DNA of 64,000 nt, taken from contig CAVUCU010000001.1 of assembly GCA_963740085.1 (NCBI GenBank), forward strand, positions 416,001 to 480,000, written 5' to 3'. Shown here piece by piece: positions 10,981 through 20,379 of the stretch (within the stretch, counting starts at the first letter, position 1; every line of letters begins with the position of its first letter). The notes beneath the pieces were generated by a model. The model was not told the origin of the DNA. It saw only the letters and a list, made by a program, of their open reading frames with translations, and ran no database searches. The position numbers and the translations under genes are program-made. Origin of the DNA: Nitrospirota bacterium. Lineage in GTDB: Bacteria > Nitrospirota > UBA9217.

Positions 10981-11009
10981 ATGATACAGTCATTCCGCGG
11001 AAGCGTCAA
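10981..11009 (-). promoter_or_regulatory. Sigma70-type promoter, probably leaderless
   Basis: TTGACG-N17-TATCAT, 7 nt before ATG 10973; no SD sequence. Confidence 0.55.
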
Positions 11010-11156
11010 GGCTTGATTGGGAAAAAGAACACGGATACGGTGGAATTATCAACCCGAAAAACAGCGATTGTGGCCAGAGAGAGGCTTGCCTTGAATAGCG
11101 GTTCAAAACGAATATCAGGTGAGATGAACCCGAATCGTATGACGCAGCGGCTAGCG

Positions 11157-11801
11157 TTACGATTGGGACAATAACGCTATGGCCTTGGTCCTGCTCTTCA
11201 CGTTGAGTTTCCGGTAGACGCGATACAGATGGGTCTTGACCGTTCTCTCGCTGATGCTGCTGCTGACTGCAATCTCCCTGTTCGAGGCGCCCTTGAGAAC
11301 CTGGGAAAGCATCTCCCTTTCTCTATTGGTGAGCGAAGGAAGCCCCGGAAGGTGCGTGTGGAGCGATTCCGTCAACAACAAGGGATTAGAAATTGTCTTC
11401 TCGAGGACCCTGCGCTCAGCCCATATCCCTCCATCAAAAACACAATGAATTGCCTTTATCATGAAGGCAGGCGAATCGGTGGTCTTGAGGAATCCCCTGA
11501 CACCGGTCTTAATATCGGATATCAGCTCTTCATCGGGAAGGGTTTGCTGGAGAATATTAATAATCCTGGTCTGGGGAGACTTTGTTTGAATTGAGTGCAT
11601 GAATCGCGAAAGGGGATGGTCTTTCAGCACACCGGGATTCAAGAGCATGATATCGGGACTTGCTGTCAGATGCTTGACAGCGTTTTCCCGCGAGGAGACG
11701 GTCGAAATAATGTCCATCGAGTCCTGCTGATCCAGTGCAGTGCATAGCGCCTGCATTCGAGCCGGATCGTTTTCTGCGATCATTACGCGAATAGGTGACA
11801 T
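11157..11801 (-). CDS. LuxR/NarL-family transcription regulator with degenerate receiver domain
   Basis: C-terminal LTNREREML...GASNREIA...ISERTVKTHLYRVYRKLNV; N-terminal REC-like domain with DIMLLN. Confidence 0.9.
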   Translation of the reverse strand: MSPIRVMIAENDPARMQALCTALDQQDSMDIISTVSSRENAVKHLTASPDIMLLNPGVLKDHPLSRFMHSIQTKSPQTRIINILQQTLPDEELISDIKTGVRGFLKTTDSPAFMIKAIHCVFDGGIWAERRVLEKTISNPLLLTESLHTHLPGLPSLTNREREMLSQVLKGASNREIAVSSSISERTVKTHLYRVYRKLNVKSRTKAIALLSQS

Positions 11802-11931
11802 GACAACCTCATCTCCATAACAACATCTTATGCTAGTTTAGTAGGAAATTGTCAACTTGTCAAGGTGGGACAGCAAAAAAAAGGGGTCAATCGCATATGG
11901 TTGCACCAGTCCCCTGGCGATGCGTTGACCA

Positions 11932-12534
11932 CTAAAACACATCTGCGCCAAAAGAATGGAGCAATTCACCAAGCAGTGACAGCGGCAGCCCGACGACGTT
12001 GAAGTAGCATCCATCGATCTTGTCCACCAGGAGAGCACCGCGTCCCTGGATTCCGTATGCGCCGGCCTTGTCGAACGGTTCCCCGGTGGCCACATAAGAT
12101 ATTATCTCGTGCGGCGCGAGGCTGCGGAACCAGACACGGGTGATCGATGTGCGGGTGAGGGCCTTTCCTGTGACAGCGTCCATGACCGCGAGGCCGGTGA
12201 TCACGCGATGCACGTTGCCGGAGAGCAGCCTAAGCATGCGTTCGGCATCCTCTGCATCTGCGGGTTTGCCGAGGATTTCGTCCTCCAGGACAACAATGGT
12301 GTCTGCGGCAATAACAATGCCGGTTCCTGCCCGTGCAGCCGCGACACGGGCCTTGTCGAGCGCCACCCGCGCAGCATATCCCTCCGGTGACTCGCCGGGC
12401 AGAACGCGTTCGTCCACATCGGCGGGGTCGACACGGCAATCCAGCCCGACCTGACGCAGCAGCTCTTTGCGGCGGGGCGATTTCGATGCCAGAACGATGG
12501 TAACAGGGTTTTTGTTATCCACGTGCGATTGCAT
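11932..12534 (-). CDS. maf: Maf family nucleoside triphosphate pyrophosphatase
   Basis: LASKSPRR, AADTIV, GKP, DKAGAYGIQG, NVVGLP. Confidence 0.95.
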   Translation of the reverse strand: MQSHVDNKNPVTIVLASKSPRRKELLRQVGLDCRVDPADVDERVLPGESPEGYAARVALDKARVAAARAGTGIVIAADTIVVLEDEILGKPADAEDAERMLRLLSGNVHRVITGLAVMDAVTGKALTRTSITRVWFRSLAPHEIISYVATGEPFDKAGAYGIQGRGALLVDKIDGCYFNVVGLPLSLLGELLHSFGADVF

Positions 12535-12539
12535 ATGAT

Positions 12540-12880
12540 TCAGTCTACACCAGAGAGGAACTGCCGGTGAAAATCCCGCCGTCCTGAGTCATTGACCGGC
12601 AGCAACAGAAATAGAAGGATGATACCGGGGGCAAACTCGAAATTACCCTTATCCATCTCGAAAACAAGAACGGAGTCATGGCCACGGTAAGTCCTGCGAT
12701 GCTCCCGCCGACAATCAGGATCGCTCCCGCTTCCACTGAGACATATTCGAATGTGGAAACTACACCGGCCAGAATACCGCGCCGCTCCCGGGCGATAATC
12801 GTCAGTCCAACCTCTTACAGAGACCATCCGCGCTTTTGCGCCGCCCGCCGTTTGACCGTATCAACGCTTATATCATAATG
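12540..12880 (-). pseudogene. Broken small membrane-protein ORF
   Basis: Hydrophobic segments in different frames (GILAGVV...AGAILIVGGSIAGLTVAM; PGIILLFLLLPV) downstream of a TTGACG-N17-TAAGAT promoter. Confidence 0.3.
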
Positions 12881-13028
12881 AAATACCAGGCGTCCACTGT
12901 TTATTTACCATCGCCATCCTGATCTCGCATTCAGAAGAAGTACAGTGGTGATTATCTTACGAGGTATGGCAGCTTCCGTCAAGTTTTTATATGACCTGGG
13001 TGTATGACCAAGCTGTTCGCATCTTTCA

Positions 13029-13508
13029 TTAATAAAATGCCGGTACTCGGATCCGTCCGGTTCGCGCTACCCGTATCTCATAGACCGTTTTCAGCGAATC
13101 ATTTTGAATGCTTATCGTACCACCGCTCGCGGTGCCATTGGTATTCATCTGTATGGCATTGACATTCGCATCGACACGTACGCCCGAGGGCAGTTCGGTC
13201 CAGTCATAAATAACGGTGTTCCATGAAGTGCTGTTGTTTGACCGGTTCCCTCGCGTCATTCGATATTGTTTGTTGGTGGTCGCATACTCCACGCGGTGTT
13301 CTAAATTAGTCCTGATCGCCCTGCTTTTTGCCTCCCTCAAAATTGAAACCAGGTCCCTCGTCGTTTTTCGGAACTCAAGGTTTTGTCGCCATTGCGCAAA
13401 CGATGGTATGGCTATAGCAGACAAAACAGAGACAATAAGCACAACAGCCGCGAGCTCGGTCAGGGTAAACCCATTCTGATTATAGCCTATTAACTCGATT
13501 CGTTTCAT
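13029..13508 (-). CDS. GspH/FimT-family minor pilin
   Basis: Prepilin site NG|FTLTEL, IAIPSF, LREAKSRAI, C-terminal TGRIRV. Confidence 0.85.
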   Translation of the reverse strand: MKRIELIGYNQNGFTLTELAAVVLIVSVLSAIAIPSFAQWRQNLEFRKTTRDLVSILREAKSRAIRTNLEHRVEYATTNKQYRMTRGNRSNNSTSWNTVIYDWTELPSGVRVDANVNAIQMNTNGTASGGTISIQNDSLKTVYEIRVARTGRIRVPAFY

Positions 13509-13563
13509 TGAAACCCCCTGTATGCCGATAGATTCATGCATGCTGACCCTCGTCCCAATCTCC

Positions 13564-14178
13564 TCATCGCTGCCGCCAGTAAAGAGTTGATACACGCTCA
13601 TCCGCTGTCGCGTTTGAAGCGCAGATACCGCCACCGCAACCGGCATTAACTCCTTCTTCGACCACCTGGACGACAGCGGCTTCCACTGCCGCAACGGCAT
13701 TATTCGCAGCGTTGCACTCGGCATTCACGGCAAAATAGAGACCGTGAAACCTGGGATTCCCATTCACGTCCAGTTCACCATAGTATCTTGAGCCTGGTGG
13801 CAGCGGACCGCTGCCCAGGAAATCGACCTTTATATTGGCGGTAACGGTGCCGATTGAGACCACCTGTGACCATTCCGCAGTGCCGCCGGTGGCTACGATA
13901 TATAAATAGGCCGCCGTAAGCGTATCCGGGTTCGCGGCGCAGGCAAGCGCCGCGTCAGCGGCGTAGAAGGCATTCTGAGTGCTCCGAAAATTACCCGCAA
14001 TCGTAAGGTCCGTGGATGCTGTGCCGACGGCCCATGCCCCCAGGATGGTCAGAAGAGCCAGCATCACAAGGGCGAGAACAAGGACCATGCCCCGTTCTTT
14101 GCATAAAATACCCGCGGCAACGGGCACCTTGTCTCTCAACGACTTTCCGCGCATCTCCCCTCTCTTTACCCGTACCAT
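13564..14178 (-). CDS. PilX-family minor pilin (set 2)
   Basis: RG|MVLVLALVMLALLTILG without Glu5; IAGNFR...AFYAADAAL. Confidence 0.85.
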   Translation of the reverse strand: MVRVKRGEMRGKSLRDKVPVAAGILCKERGMVLVLALVMLALLTILGAWAVGTASTDLTIAGNFRSTQNAFYAADAALACAANPDTLTAAYLYIVATGGTAEWSQVVSIGTVTANIKVDFLGSGPLPPGSRYYGELDVNGNPRFHGLYFAVNAECNAANNAVAAVEAAVVQVVEEGVNAGCGGGICASNATADERVSTLYWRQR

Positions 14179-14187
14179 TTTCCCCTC

Positions 14188-15183
14188 CTACCGGTTTCTT
14201 ATCTGGATAACTGATTCAGTTTGACGCATCTTGGCCTGGCCACCAGAAAGCGCAGTGGTCGTCAGTGTCCGACCGGTCAGTATCACCCTTACCGCTCGTA
14301 TAGTACGGTAATCAGCCGGCGCTGGCGCATCAACTTCAGTGTCATCATCCAGGAGGTATCTAAACTGAAGACCCACCATGTTCTGGGCGATCACCTCTGT
14401 AGTAGCGCCGTTCACACTTCTCATCAGACAAAGCTGCCCGTTCGGGCATGTTGCCCCGGGTCCGCACGCAGCAGTTGGCCCAAGACAGTATCTGATCGTA
14501 TTGGGATTCGTATGAGGCGATGCCGTCTTGCAAATCAAGTCCCCTTTGTTCACAATGATGTTCGTCGGGTCGTTATAGCCTGCAGCTATGTTCAACGTCA
14601 ATGACGGAACTTCCCTGTTCGTCCCCGTTATCAGGTAGACCCTGCCGGTCAGCAGTGCTTCATCTGAAAGCTTTGGCTCGGATCTGTCCTGAGGTCTCAC
14701 AATCCTGACATGATCATTCACGTTAAATGAGTCAACCGATTCGATGGAATCAACCGGTACGTTAAAGGTTGCTGCTGTCACGATATAGGTTGTCGCATTA
14801 TTGAGAGGCGTTGTTCTGGCGAAGGTTGCCGATGCCGACGCGGTATTCAGGGTCATCTCATCCGAACATATATGGTTTGGCGCGGGGAGTGGTTGCAGAG
14901 TCCCAGTGGCATTGCCCGCCAATTGTACTGCCGGCATCTTTACCCCGGTATAGGGACTATCGGGCACAAGGATACCGGCCATTCGGATATCTCTGGTTAT
15001 GCTTTCTATGCCGACCCGCAGGTTCTGATGGACCTCAATTACTTCGTCCTGGATATAAGCATTCCGATGGTGAGCAGAGTAGACGGAATATATGGCTCCG
15101 GTGACCGTGCAGAATATGCCCATGACAACGAGGAGCTCTATGAGCGTGACGCCGCCCTGATTTTTATCGTTACCTTTATTCAT
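14188..15183 (-). CDS. PilW-family minor pilin (set 2)
   Basis: GG|VTLIELL, ITRDIRMAG, IAQNMVGLQFRY, IRAVRV, IQIRN. Confidence 0.88.
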   Translation of the reverse strand: MNKGNDKNQGGVTLIELLVVMGIFCTVTGAIYSVYSAHHRNAYIQDEVIEVHQNLRVGIESITRDIRMAGILVPDSPYTGVKMPAVQLAGNATGTLQPLPAPNHICSDEMTLNTASASATFARTTPLNNATTYIVTAATFNVPVDSIESVDSFNVNDHVRIVRPQDRSEPKLSDEALLTGRVYLITGTNREVPSLTLNIAAGYNDPTNIIVNKGDLICKTASPHTNPNTIRYCLGPTAACGPGATCPNGQLCLMRSVNGATTEVIAQNMVGLQFRYLLDDDTEVDAPAPADYRTIRAVRVILTGRTLTTTALSGGQAKMRQTESVIQIRNR

Positions 15184-15642
15184 TTAGGTCACCAGCTTGC
15201 AGGTGCTGAAGGTTGCTACCGGCGTTGTTGATCCCTTATAAAATACCCTCACGGTTATTTTCGTCGTGCCTGTCATCGGAGTGTTTGGCGCTACATCATA
15301 TTGTGCCGAGAAAGTGCCTCCGCCTGGCATCGACACGGTGCTGGCTGTCGTTGCGTTCGTGACCGGGTCAAGCATCCTGTGATAGGACGCATTGGTCACC
15401 GAAGAATGTAACAGAGGATCAGAAATCTTGAGCGCGCTCAAATCTTCCACAACCTTCTGTCCCACCATGGTGGCTGCGTAAATTCTGCTGGCAAAGGAAT
15501 TTGCGTTCATAGCGACACTTTGCATGGCGGCTGCGGATAGCAGTCCGGTTGCCAGGATAGTTATCGCGATAAGCAGTTCGAGCAGAGTAAAGCCTCGCAC
15601 GTTGCCATTCTTGTGTACTCCGTTTATGATCATAAGTAGCAA
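15184..15642 (-). CDS. PilV-family minor pilin (set 2)
   Basis: RG|FTLLELLIAITILATGLLSAAAMQ. Confidence 0.87.
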   Translation of the reverse strand: MLLMIINGVHKNGNVRGFTLLELLIAITILATGLLSAAAMQSVAMNANSFASRIYAATMVGQKVVEDLSALKISDPLLHSSVTNASYHRMLDPVTNATTASTVSMPGGGTFSAQYDVAPNTPMTGTTKITVRVFYKGSTTPVATFSTCKLVT

Positions 15643-15770
15643 CCTCCTTCAATAAATTTCCCTGATCGCTCGTGCATGTTCGCTATACTAAAATAATGTT
15701 GGCGCCACTGCTTCAATCTTCAGGTCAGTTGTGTGCCAGTCCCCTGTCAGGATGCAAAACGCCTCGGCTA

Positions 15771-16280
15771 TCAAACCACGCAGTTCATTCCATTCCATCT
15801 TCCCTCACTGATTCGAGTCGGTCCTACCGAGATGCAATCGTATTCCGGGTTAATGCCATGGGCATCAAACCGGATATCAAGAACAGCGTTGGCCGGGAGG
15901 GGGCCTGCGGATTTTGAAATGATCCCTTTCGCCTCCATGATGACCGTCCCGTTCCATTGAGAAGGAAACTTGAACTGTTTCGGCACAGGCCATAGCGCCC
16001 TGTCCCCGGAATCAGGCATTGCCCCTCCGCTTTCGTTCGTATCCTCGGTGATCTGATAACCGCCGTTTGTCACCGACACGAAATATGCCTTGTTGCCCTT
16101 GAATGCCCGGACCCTGGCGCTCACCATATCATAATGCATCTGTCTTACCTGACGTTCAATATCGCACCTGTCTCGGAGACCTTGCACACTAAAACCCGCA
16201 ATGCCCATCAGAATGCCGCTTACAGCAACGACAACCATCAACTCCAGCAACGTGACTCCCCGCATTCCCGACCTCCGCAT
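15771..16280 (-). CDS. FimT/FimU-like minor pilin (set 2)
   Basis: RG|VTLLELMVVVAV; RBS GGAGGT; C-terminal YDCI...WNGMNC. Confidence 0.85.
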   Translation of the reverse strand: MRRSGMRGVTLLELMVVVAVSGILMGIAGFSVQGLRDRCDIERQVRQMHYDMVSARVRAFKGNKAYFVSVTNGGYQITEDTNESGGAMPDSGDRALWPVPKQFKFPSQWNGTVIMEAKGIISKSAGPLPANAVLDIRFDAHGINPEYDCISVGPTRISEGRWNGMNCVV

Positions 16281-16708
16281 CGTAACACCTCCTGAACCAT
16301 AGGATTGAATTTGAAATGAACGATACCAGCAGGTCATCGATTTCACTATGCGGGATGCAACTTAAATTTGTTCTCACAGGTTTTCTTGCGCTATCAGGTC
16401 ATGTTTAGAGAAGATTCTTAGGCAAGCTAATAAGGCGATGGATAGGGGGGAATTTCTACCAACAATGAGCGACTGATTATTTTAACGTCCTTTGCAGGGA
16501 ATAGGAATAGTTGGCAAGTGTCAGCGGATGGGAGGGGATTACGCCGTAGTCAGTTATCCGCCACGTCCCCGATAGAAGCATTCATAGATGATGGATGAAT
16601 GCACGATAGATTCTCACAACAAGACGTTACTGCGGTCTATGCCGCCAAGGGTGATCGAAGGTTGATGCCGGTGGTAGGCGGTTCAAAAAAACAACCGTTA
16701 TGGAACGG

Positions 16709-17632
16709 TTAACGAATGGCAATAGATACGCGGTACTTTGCTGCACCCCCATTTCCGTCACTGACGGCTATCGACACTTCTTTCTTACCTTTAAATTCCT
16801 TCGGGACTGCCCACTTCAGCAATCCCGTCGAAGGATCTATCGTCACTCCATCCTGGGGAGATTCCAAAGAATAGGCAAGTGTATCTCCATCTGGGTCAGT
16901 TGCCTTGACCTGATAGGTATACGTCATGCCGTCGAAACTGAAATCCCTGTGATCTATGATCATCGGCGGCAAATTCCGGATTTCTCGATTAAGAACCACC
17001 GGATTGCCGTAATCAGTTCCGTCATAGGGTGTTATTCGAACAGAAATGTTGTCGCCCCTTTTTACGGGCGTCCCTATGCTGCTTCCCGTTCCCACCGTCT
17101 CTCCATTCTTGGTCCATTCATACAGGAAAGAGATCGCGTCCCCATCGATATCTTCCCCCTGGACATCAACGCTCAGGGTATCGCCGGGTTTAAAGACCTC
17201 GGGCATTATTTTTATCCTGGAGATCTCGGGCGGGGAGTTAATGATTTGCACGTTATTTGATGCAACCTCCCGATCCTGCAGCATAATCTTAGCCTGAACG
17301 GTTGCCCCTTTTTCCGCATCGGCTCCATCAAATTGCGTAGGCACCTGGGTTGTAAAAGGCCTGCCGTCCACCGACCACTCTATCTGGACGCGAGAAAGAT
17401 CGAATCCGGTTGAACTGAGGTGCAAAATGGTTTTTCGTGTTGCTTCTTTAGGGGTGATTTCCAATGCATACGTTTTGTCGATCCCGGGCGGCTGCGATGT
17501 CCCTGAAATGTCGCTTTTCGTCGCTGAACGCCCCTTGGCACTGGTCAAATCGGGTTTGTCCGACGAGCAGGATAAAAAGAGCACTGCGGTCATGACGAAG
17601 GTCACCAGTTTCATCTGAGAGTGCATTGACAT
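16709..17632 (-). CDS. Lipoprotein with Ig-like/cadherin-like repeats
   Basis: Lipobox LFLSC; NSPPEI, DIDGDAISF, NLPPMI, ATDPDGDTLAY, IDPSTGLLKW. Confidence 0.8.
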   Translation of the reverse strand: MSMHSQMKLVTFVMTAVLFLSCSSDKPDLTSAKGRSATKSDISGTSQPPGIDKTYALEITPKEATRKTILHLSSTGFDLSRVQIEWSVDGRPFTTQVPTQFDGADAEKGATVQAKIMLQDREVASNNVQIINSPPEISRIKIMPEVFKPGDTLSVDVQGEDIDGDAISFLYEWTKNGETVGTGSSIGTPVKRGDNISVRITPYDGTDYGNPVVLNREIRNLPPMIIDHRDFSFDGMTYTYQVKATDPDGDTLAYSLESPQDGVTIDPSTGLLKWAVPKEFKGKKEVSIAVSDGNGGAAKYRVSIAIR

Positions 17633-17662
17633 ACCATCTTTCCCGCGGATTTCGAAACCGCC

Positions 17663-18367
17663 TCAGTATTCATATAATATCGAAAGCTTTGCCCGTTCAT
17701 TTGTGTTAGCGACGTTTTCCGATGTCGTCTCAATTGCATAGAGATAAGGCGAAGCCACCACCGGTACTTCCCCGGTGGAACCACCACCGGTCACGCCATA
17801 TTTTTGCAAACCTGTGTCCCCTCCCGTATTACCGGAAGTCGTCGCGACTATCTTCGCATATACATTATATCTCGTCGAAGTTCCCAGTTGAATGCGCATG
17901 TCATAGGTTGAGGGAGTTGCAGGATCGATCGTGAGATCGCTGCTGCAGTTCGTCCAGGACGTAGCAGGCGACAGAAGCTTAGCCGGTAATCCGCTGTAGG
18001 TCGCGCCACTGCTCAGACCGGTGCATGCCGAGGAGGTCGTAGGCGTTATGTTTATGCCAAACGAAGTGAGGTTGTTGATAAAGGCGGTCTGATCAGAACT
18101 CGACCCTCGCAGCCCGAGGATCTGATAAAAAACATCCGCCCCCCCCCTCCCGGCTTCAAGAGCGGTTCGGTATTTTTTTTGAACACCCGATGCCTGCGTG
18201 CCGATAGTAATCATGTATATTAATGTTGTCATGACCAGAAGCGCAACCGCCGACAGTACTATGACCATGACAAGGACGACCCCTTTTTCGGAACGCAGCA
18301 GTCCGTGCCTCGCTTCCGTTCCCAATGCAACTTTCTGATTCGCATAAAAAGTTTTTTTCATGGTCAC
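17663..18367 (-). CDS. PilX-like minor pilin (set 1)
   Basis: KG|VVLVMVIVLSAV without Glu5; C-terminal ERAKLSILYEY. Confidence 0.82.
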   Translation of the reverse strand: MTMKKTFYANQKVALGTEARHGLLRSEKGVVLVMVIVLSAVALLVMTTLIYMITIGTQASGVQKKYRTALEAGRGGADVFYQILGLRGSSSDQTAFINNLTSFGINITPTTSSACTGLSSGATYSGLPAKLLSPATSWTNCSSDLTIDPATPSTYDMRIQLGTSTRYNVYAKIVATTSGNTGGDTGLQKYGVTGGGSTGEVPVVASPYLYAIETTSENVANTNERAKLSILYEY

Positions 18368-18368
18368 C

Positions 18369-19453
18369 TCACAGGTTCGGTCTTACAACAAGTGTATAAA
18401 CTTTCCAGCGGTAATGCTGCCAATCCGGGTCAGCGAGCGTGGCAAGGTCAAACGTTCGGCCGACCGCGTTGTTTTTCCCAACCAGTATCGTTTGCGTCGG
18501 GTGAGTGTAATTTGCGTCCCGTTGTCCCTCGTGTGCGAGAATAGAAACACGTACGATTTTTAATTGATTCCGGATCTGTTGCGCGGTAAGTGGCGTGCCA
18601 CCGAGATCTCTTAATTCCACCGCATCTGAAATATTGCCATCTCCATTTCTGTCAAGTTCATAGCTTACCTGCATGTCGGCGACGCAATCGAGCAAAGGAT
18701 ACGTATTCCCGGCGAATCCGCCGTCGCTTTGGTTAATGATCGCTTTATAAAGGACGCCTGTCCCCGACGCACACCTGCGGGGGATGGTTATGCCCGTCGT
18801 TTTCACATAATAATCGGCCCTGTTGAAAGGCATCCATAAGGGGTTAACATCAGCCGGGGCCACACCGTAAATTACTCTGGTCTCATCAGGAGAGGACAAG
18901 GCAGCCATTGCAGCAAAGGTTCCACTTGAGACCATTGTCCTGCTGTTTGCATCAGTTGACCCCGGCGAGAGGAGGATAACCCTGTCGTTATTCGCCAAAT
19001 TATTGCTTGTCGGAGTCCATGACGTTGCAATGCCGGTATTAGGCAGCGTTGTCCATTTGGAGCACGTATCGTTCTGCGCTATGTTGATCGCTTTAATGGC
19101 CAGATAGTCCGAGCCGTTCACATACCCTGCACGCCTATGTTGTCACCACTGACGATGGCCCTCGGCGGACTGTTCGTCGGAGAATCATTATAATTGGCTG
19201 CCACCGCATTGGTCGCTTCGTTATATGCTGAGCTGGGGACCCATGGCAGGCCGGACCCTGCGTTTTCTATGTCCCGCCTCAGTAGTTCAAGTGCTACGAT
19301 ACCCTCGATATTGGTCTCTGTTATCTTACTCTGCTGCTTATAGCCGCGCAACAGCCCAACGAACATATCCGAACCGATCGTCAGCACAAACCCCATGATG
19401 ACCATCGTCATTAACAATTCGAGAAGGCTGTAGCCTGCATCGCGTCTCATCAT
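18369..19453 (-). CDS. PilW-like minor pilin (set 1), frameshift near 19120
   Basis: AG|YSLLELL in ORF 19118-19510 continues as GSDYLAIK...PLLDCVADMQV...YRWKVY in ORF 18369-19121. Confidence 0.83.
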
Positions 19454-19872
19454 CGTCTCCTCATTATCGTCGTTACCGTGTGGGAAAATGCGCGTCCGCC
19501 GTACGTCCATGAAACCGATATGGTTATCTGTTTGCTGTCAGCGTTTAAATCGGTTACTGTTCTGCTCGGAGCATAGGTTGTGGTAAACCCCCGAAACGTT
19601 CTCGTTTGCTGCGTATCCAGAGCATTGATTGTCGCAGTCAGGTCATTTATCGCCGGAGCAACGGGAAACGGCAAGCTCCTCAATTGATTGATCCTCATCT
19701 CGGCGACGTTCACCGCCTCATCCCGGACGACATTCTGCGCATTCGTTTTCATGCCGAGAATTGACGTCTGCATTAGAGCAAGAGAAACGACAAGCAGGAT
19801 AACAAGGGAGATCATCATCTCAATTAATGTCACGCCTTTATTATTGAACATCGCAGTTTGAGGTTGCTCCAT
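19450..19872 (-). CDS. PilV-like minor pilin (set 1)
   Basis: KG|VTLIEMMISLVILLVVSLAL; RDEAVNVAE. Confidence 0.85.
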   Translation of the reverse strand: MEQPQTAMFNNKGVTLIEMMISLVILLVVSLALMQTSILGMKTNAQNVVRDEAVNVAEMRINQLRSLPFPVAPAINDLTATINALDTQQTRTFRGFTTTYAPSRTVTDLNADSKQITISVSWTYGGRAFSHTVTTIMRRR

Positions 19873-20375
19873 TCCACGCCCCCGTCCTTATCTTTGTTGC
19901 CGATATGGTGATACAATCATATGCCGCTCCGAATGATACGGCCGCCCGGATCGTCTGTTCAGGTCTCCCAACCCCGGCGACATCGACACTATACCGTTTG
20001 GATCGAAATTGATCGATGGAGTCGCGACGCCCGGTATCGTCAGCGCGTAGGCGGGCTTAAAACTCGTTATGCAATACCTGCCTGTCGGCTGGCTCGAATG
20101 TGCCATTGCCGTCCGGGCCCGGGGTTTGTATCTTCATAGACCGTATACTGCGTAGCCGTCGGCGTCGGGCTGAAGACTGCAAAATACGTCCTCTTTCTCT
20201 GCATGGCGCTGGCCTGCGCATTCATTAAATCAACATGGCCGTTTTATCTCGCTTTCAACCCGGTATCTATCCAGCCATGCTTTACCGGAGATGCCGGCGA
20301 TGAGCAAGCAGGATGCTGATGATGAGCCACTACGATAATGAGCTCGATCAATGTGAATCCTTTGTTATTCATCAT
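19841..20375 (-). CDS. FimT/FimU-like minor pilin (set 1), several frameshifts
   Basis: Manual reading: MMNNKG|FTLIELIIVV ... DLMNAQASAMQRKRTYF ... YDCITISATKIRTGAWNGATSNCDVQ-stop, spread over several frames. Confidence 0.75.
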
Positions 20376-20379
20376 TTCT

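Noticed and set aside
16290-16700. c-di-GMP riboswitch or sigma54 promoter upstream of pilin set 2
   Set aside because: No GGCAAAC...GAAA...GACGCAAAG pattern and no correctly spaced GG-N10-GC were found; only short hairpins.
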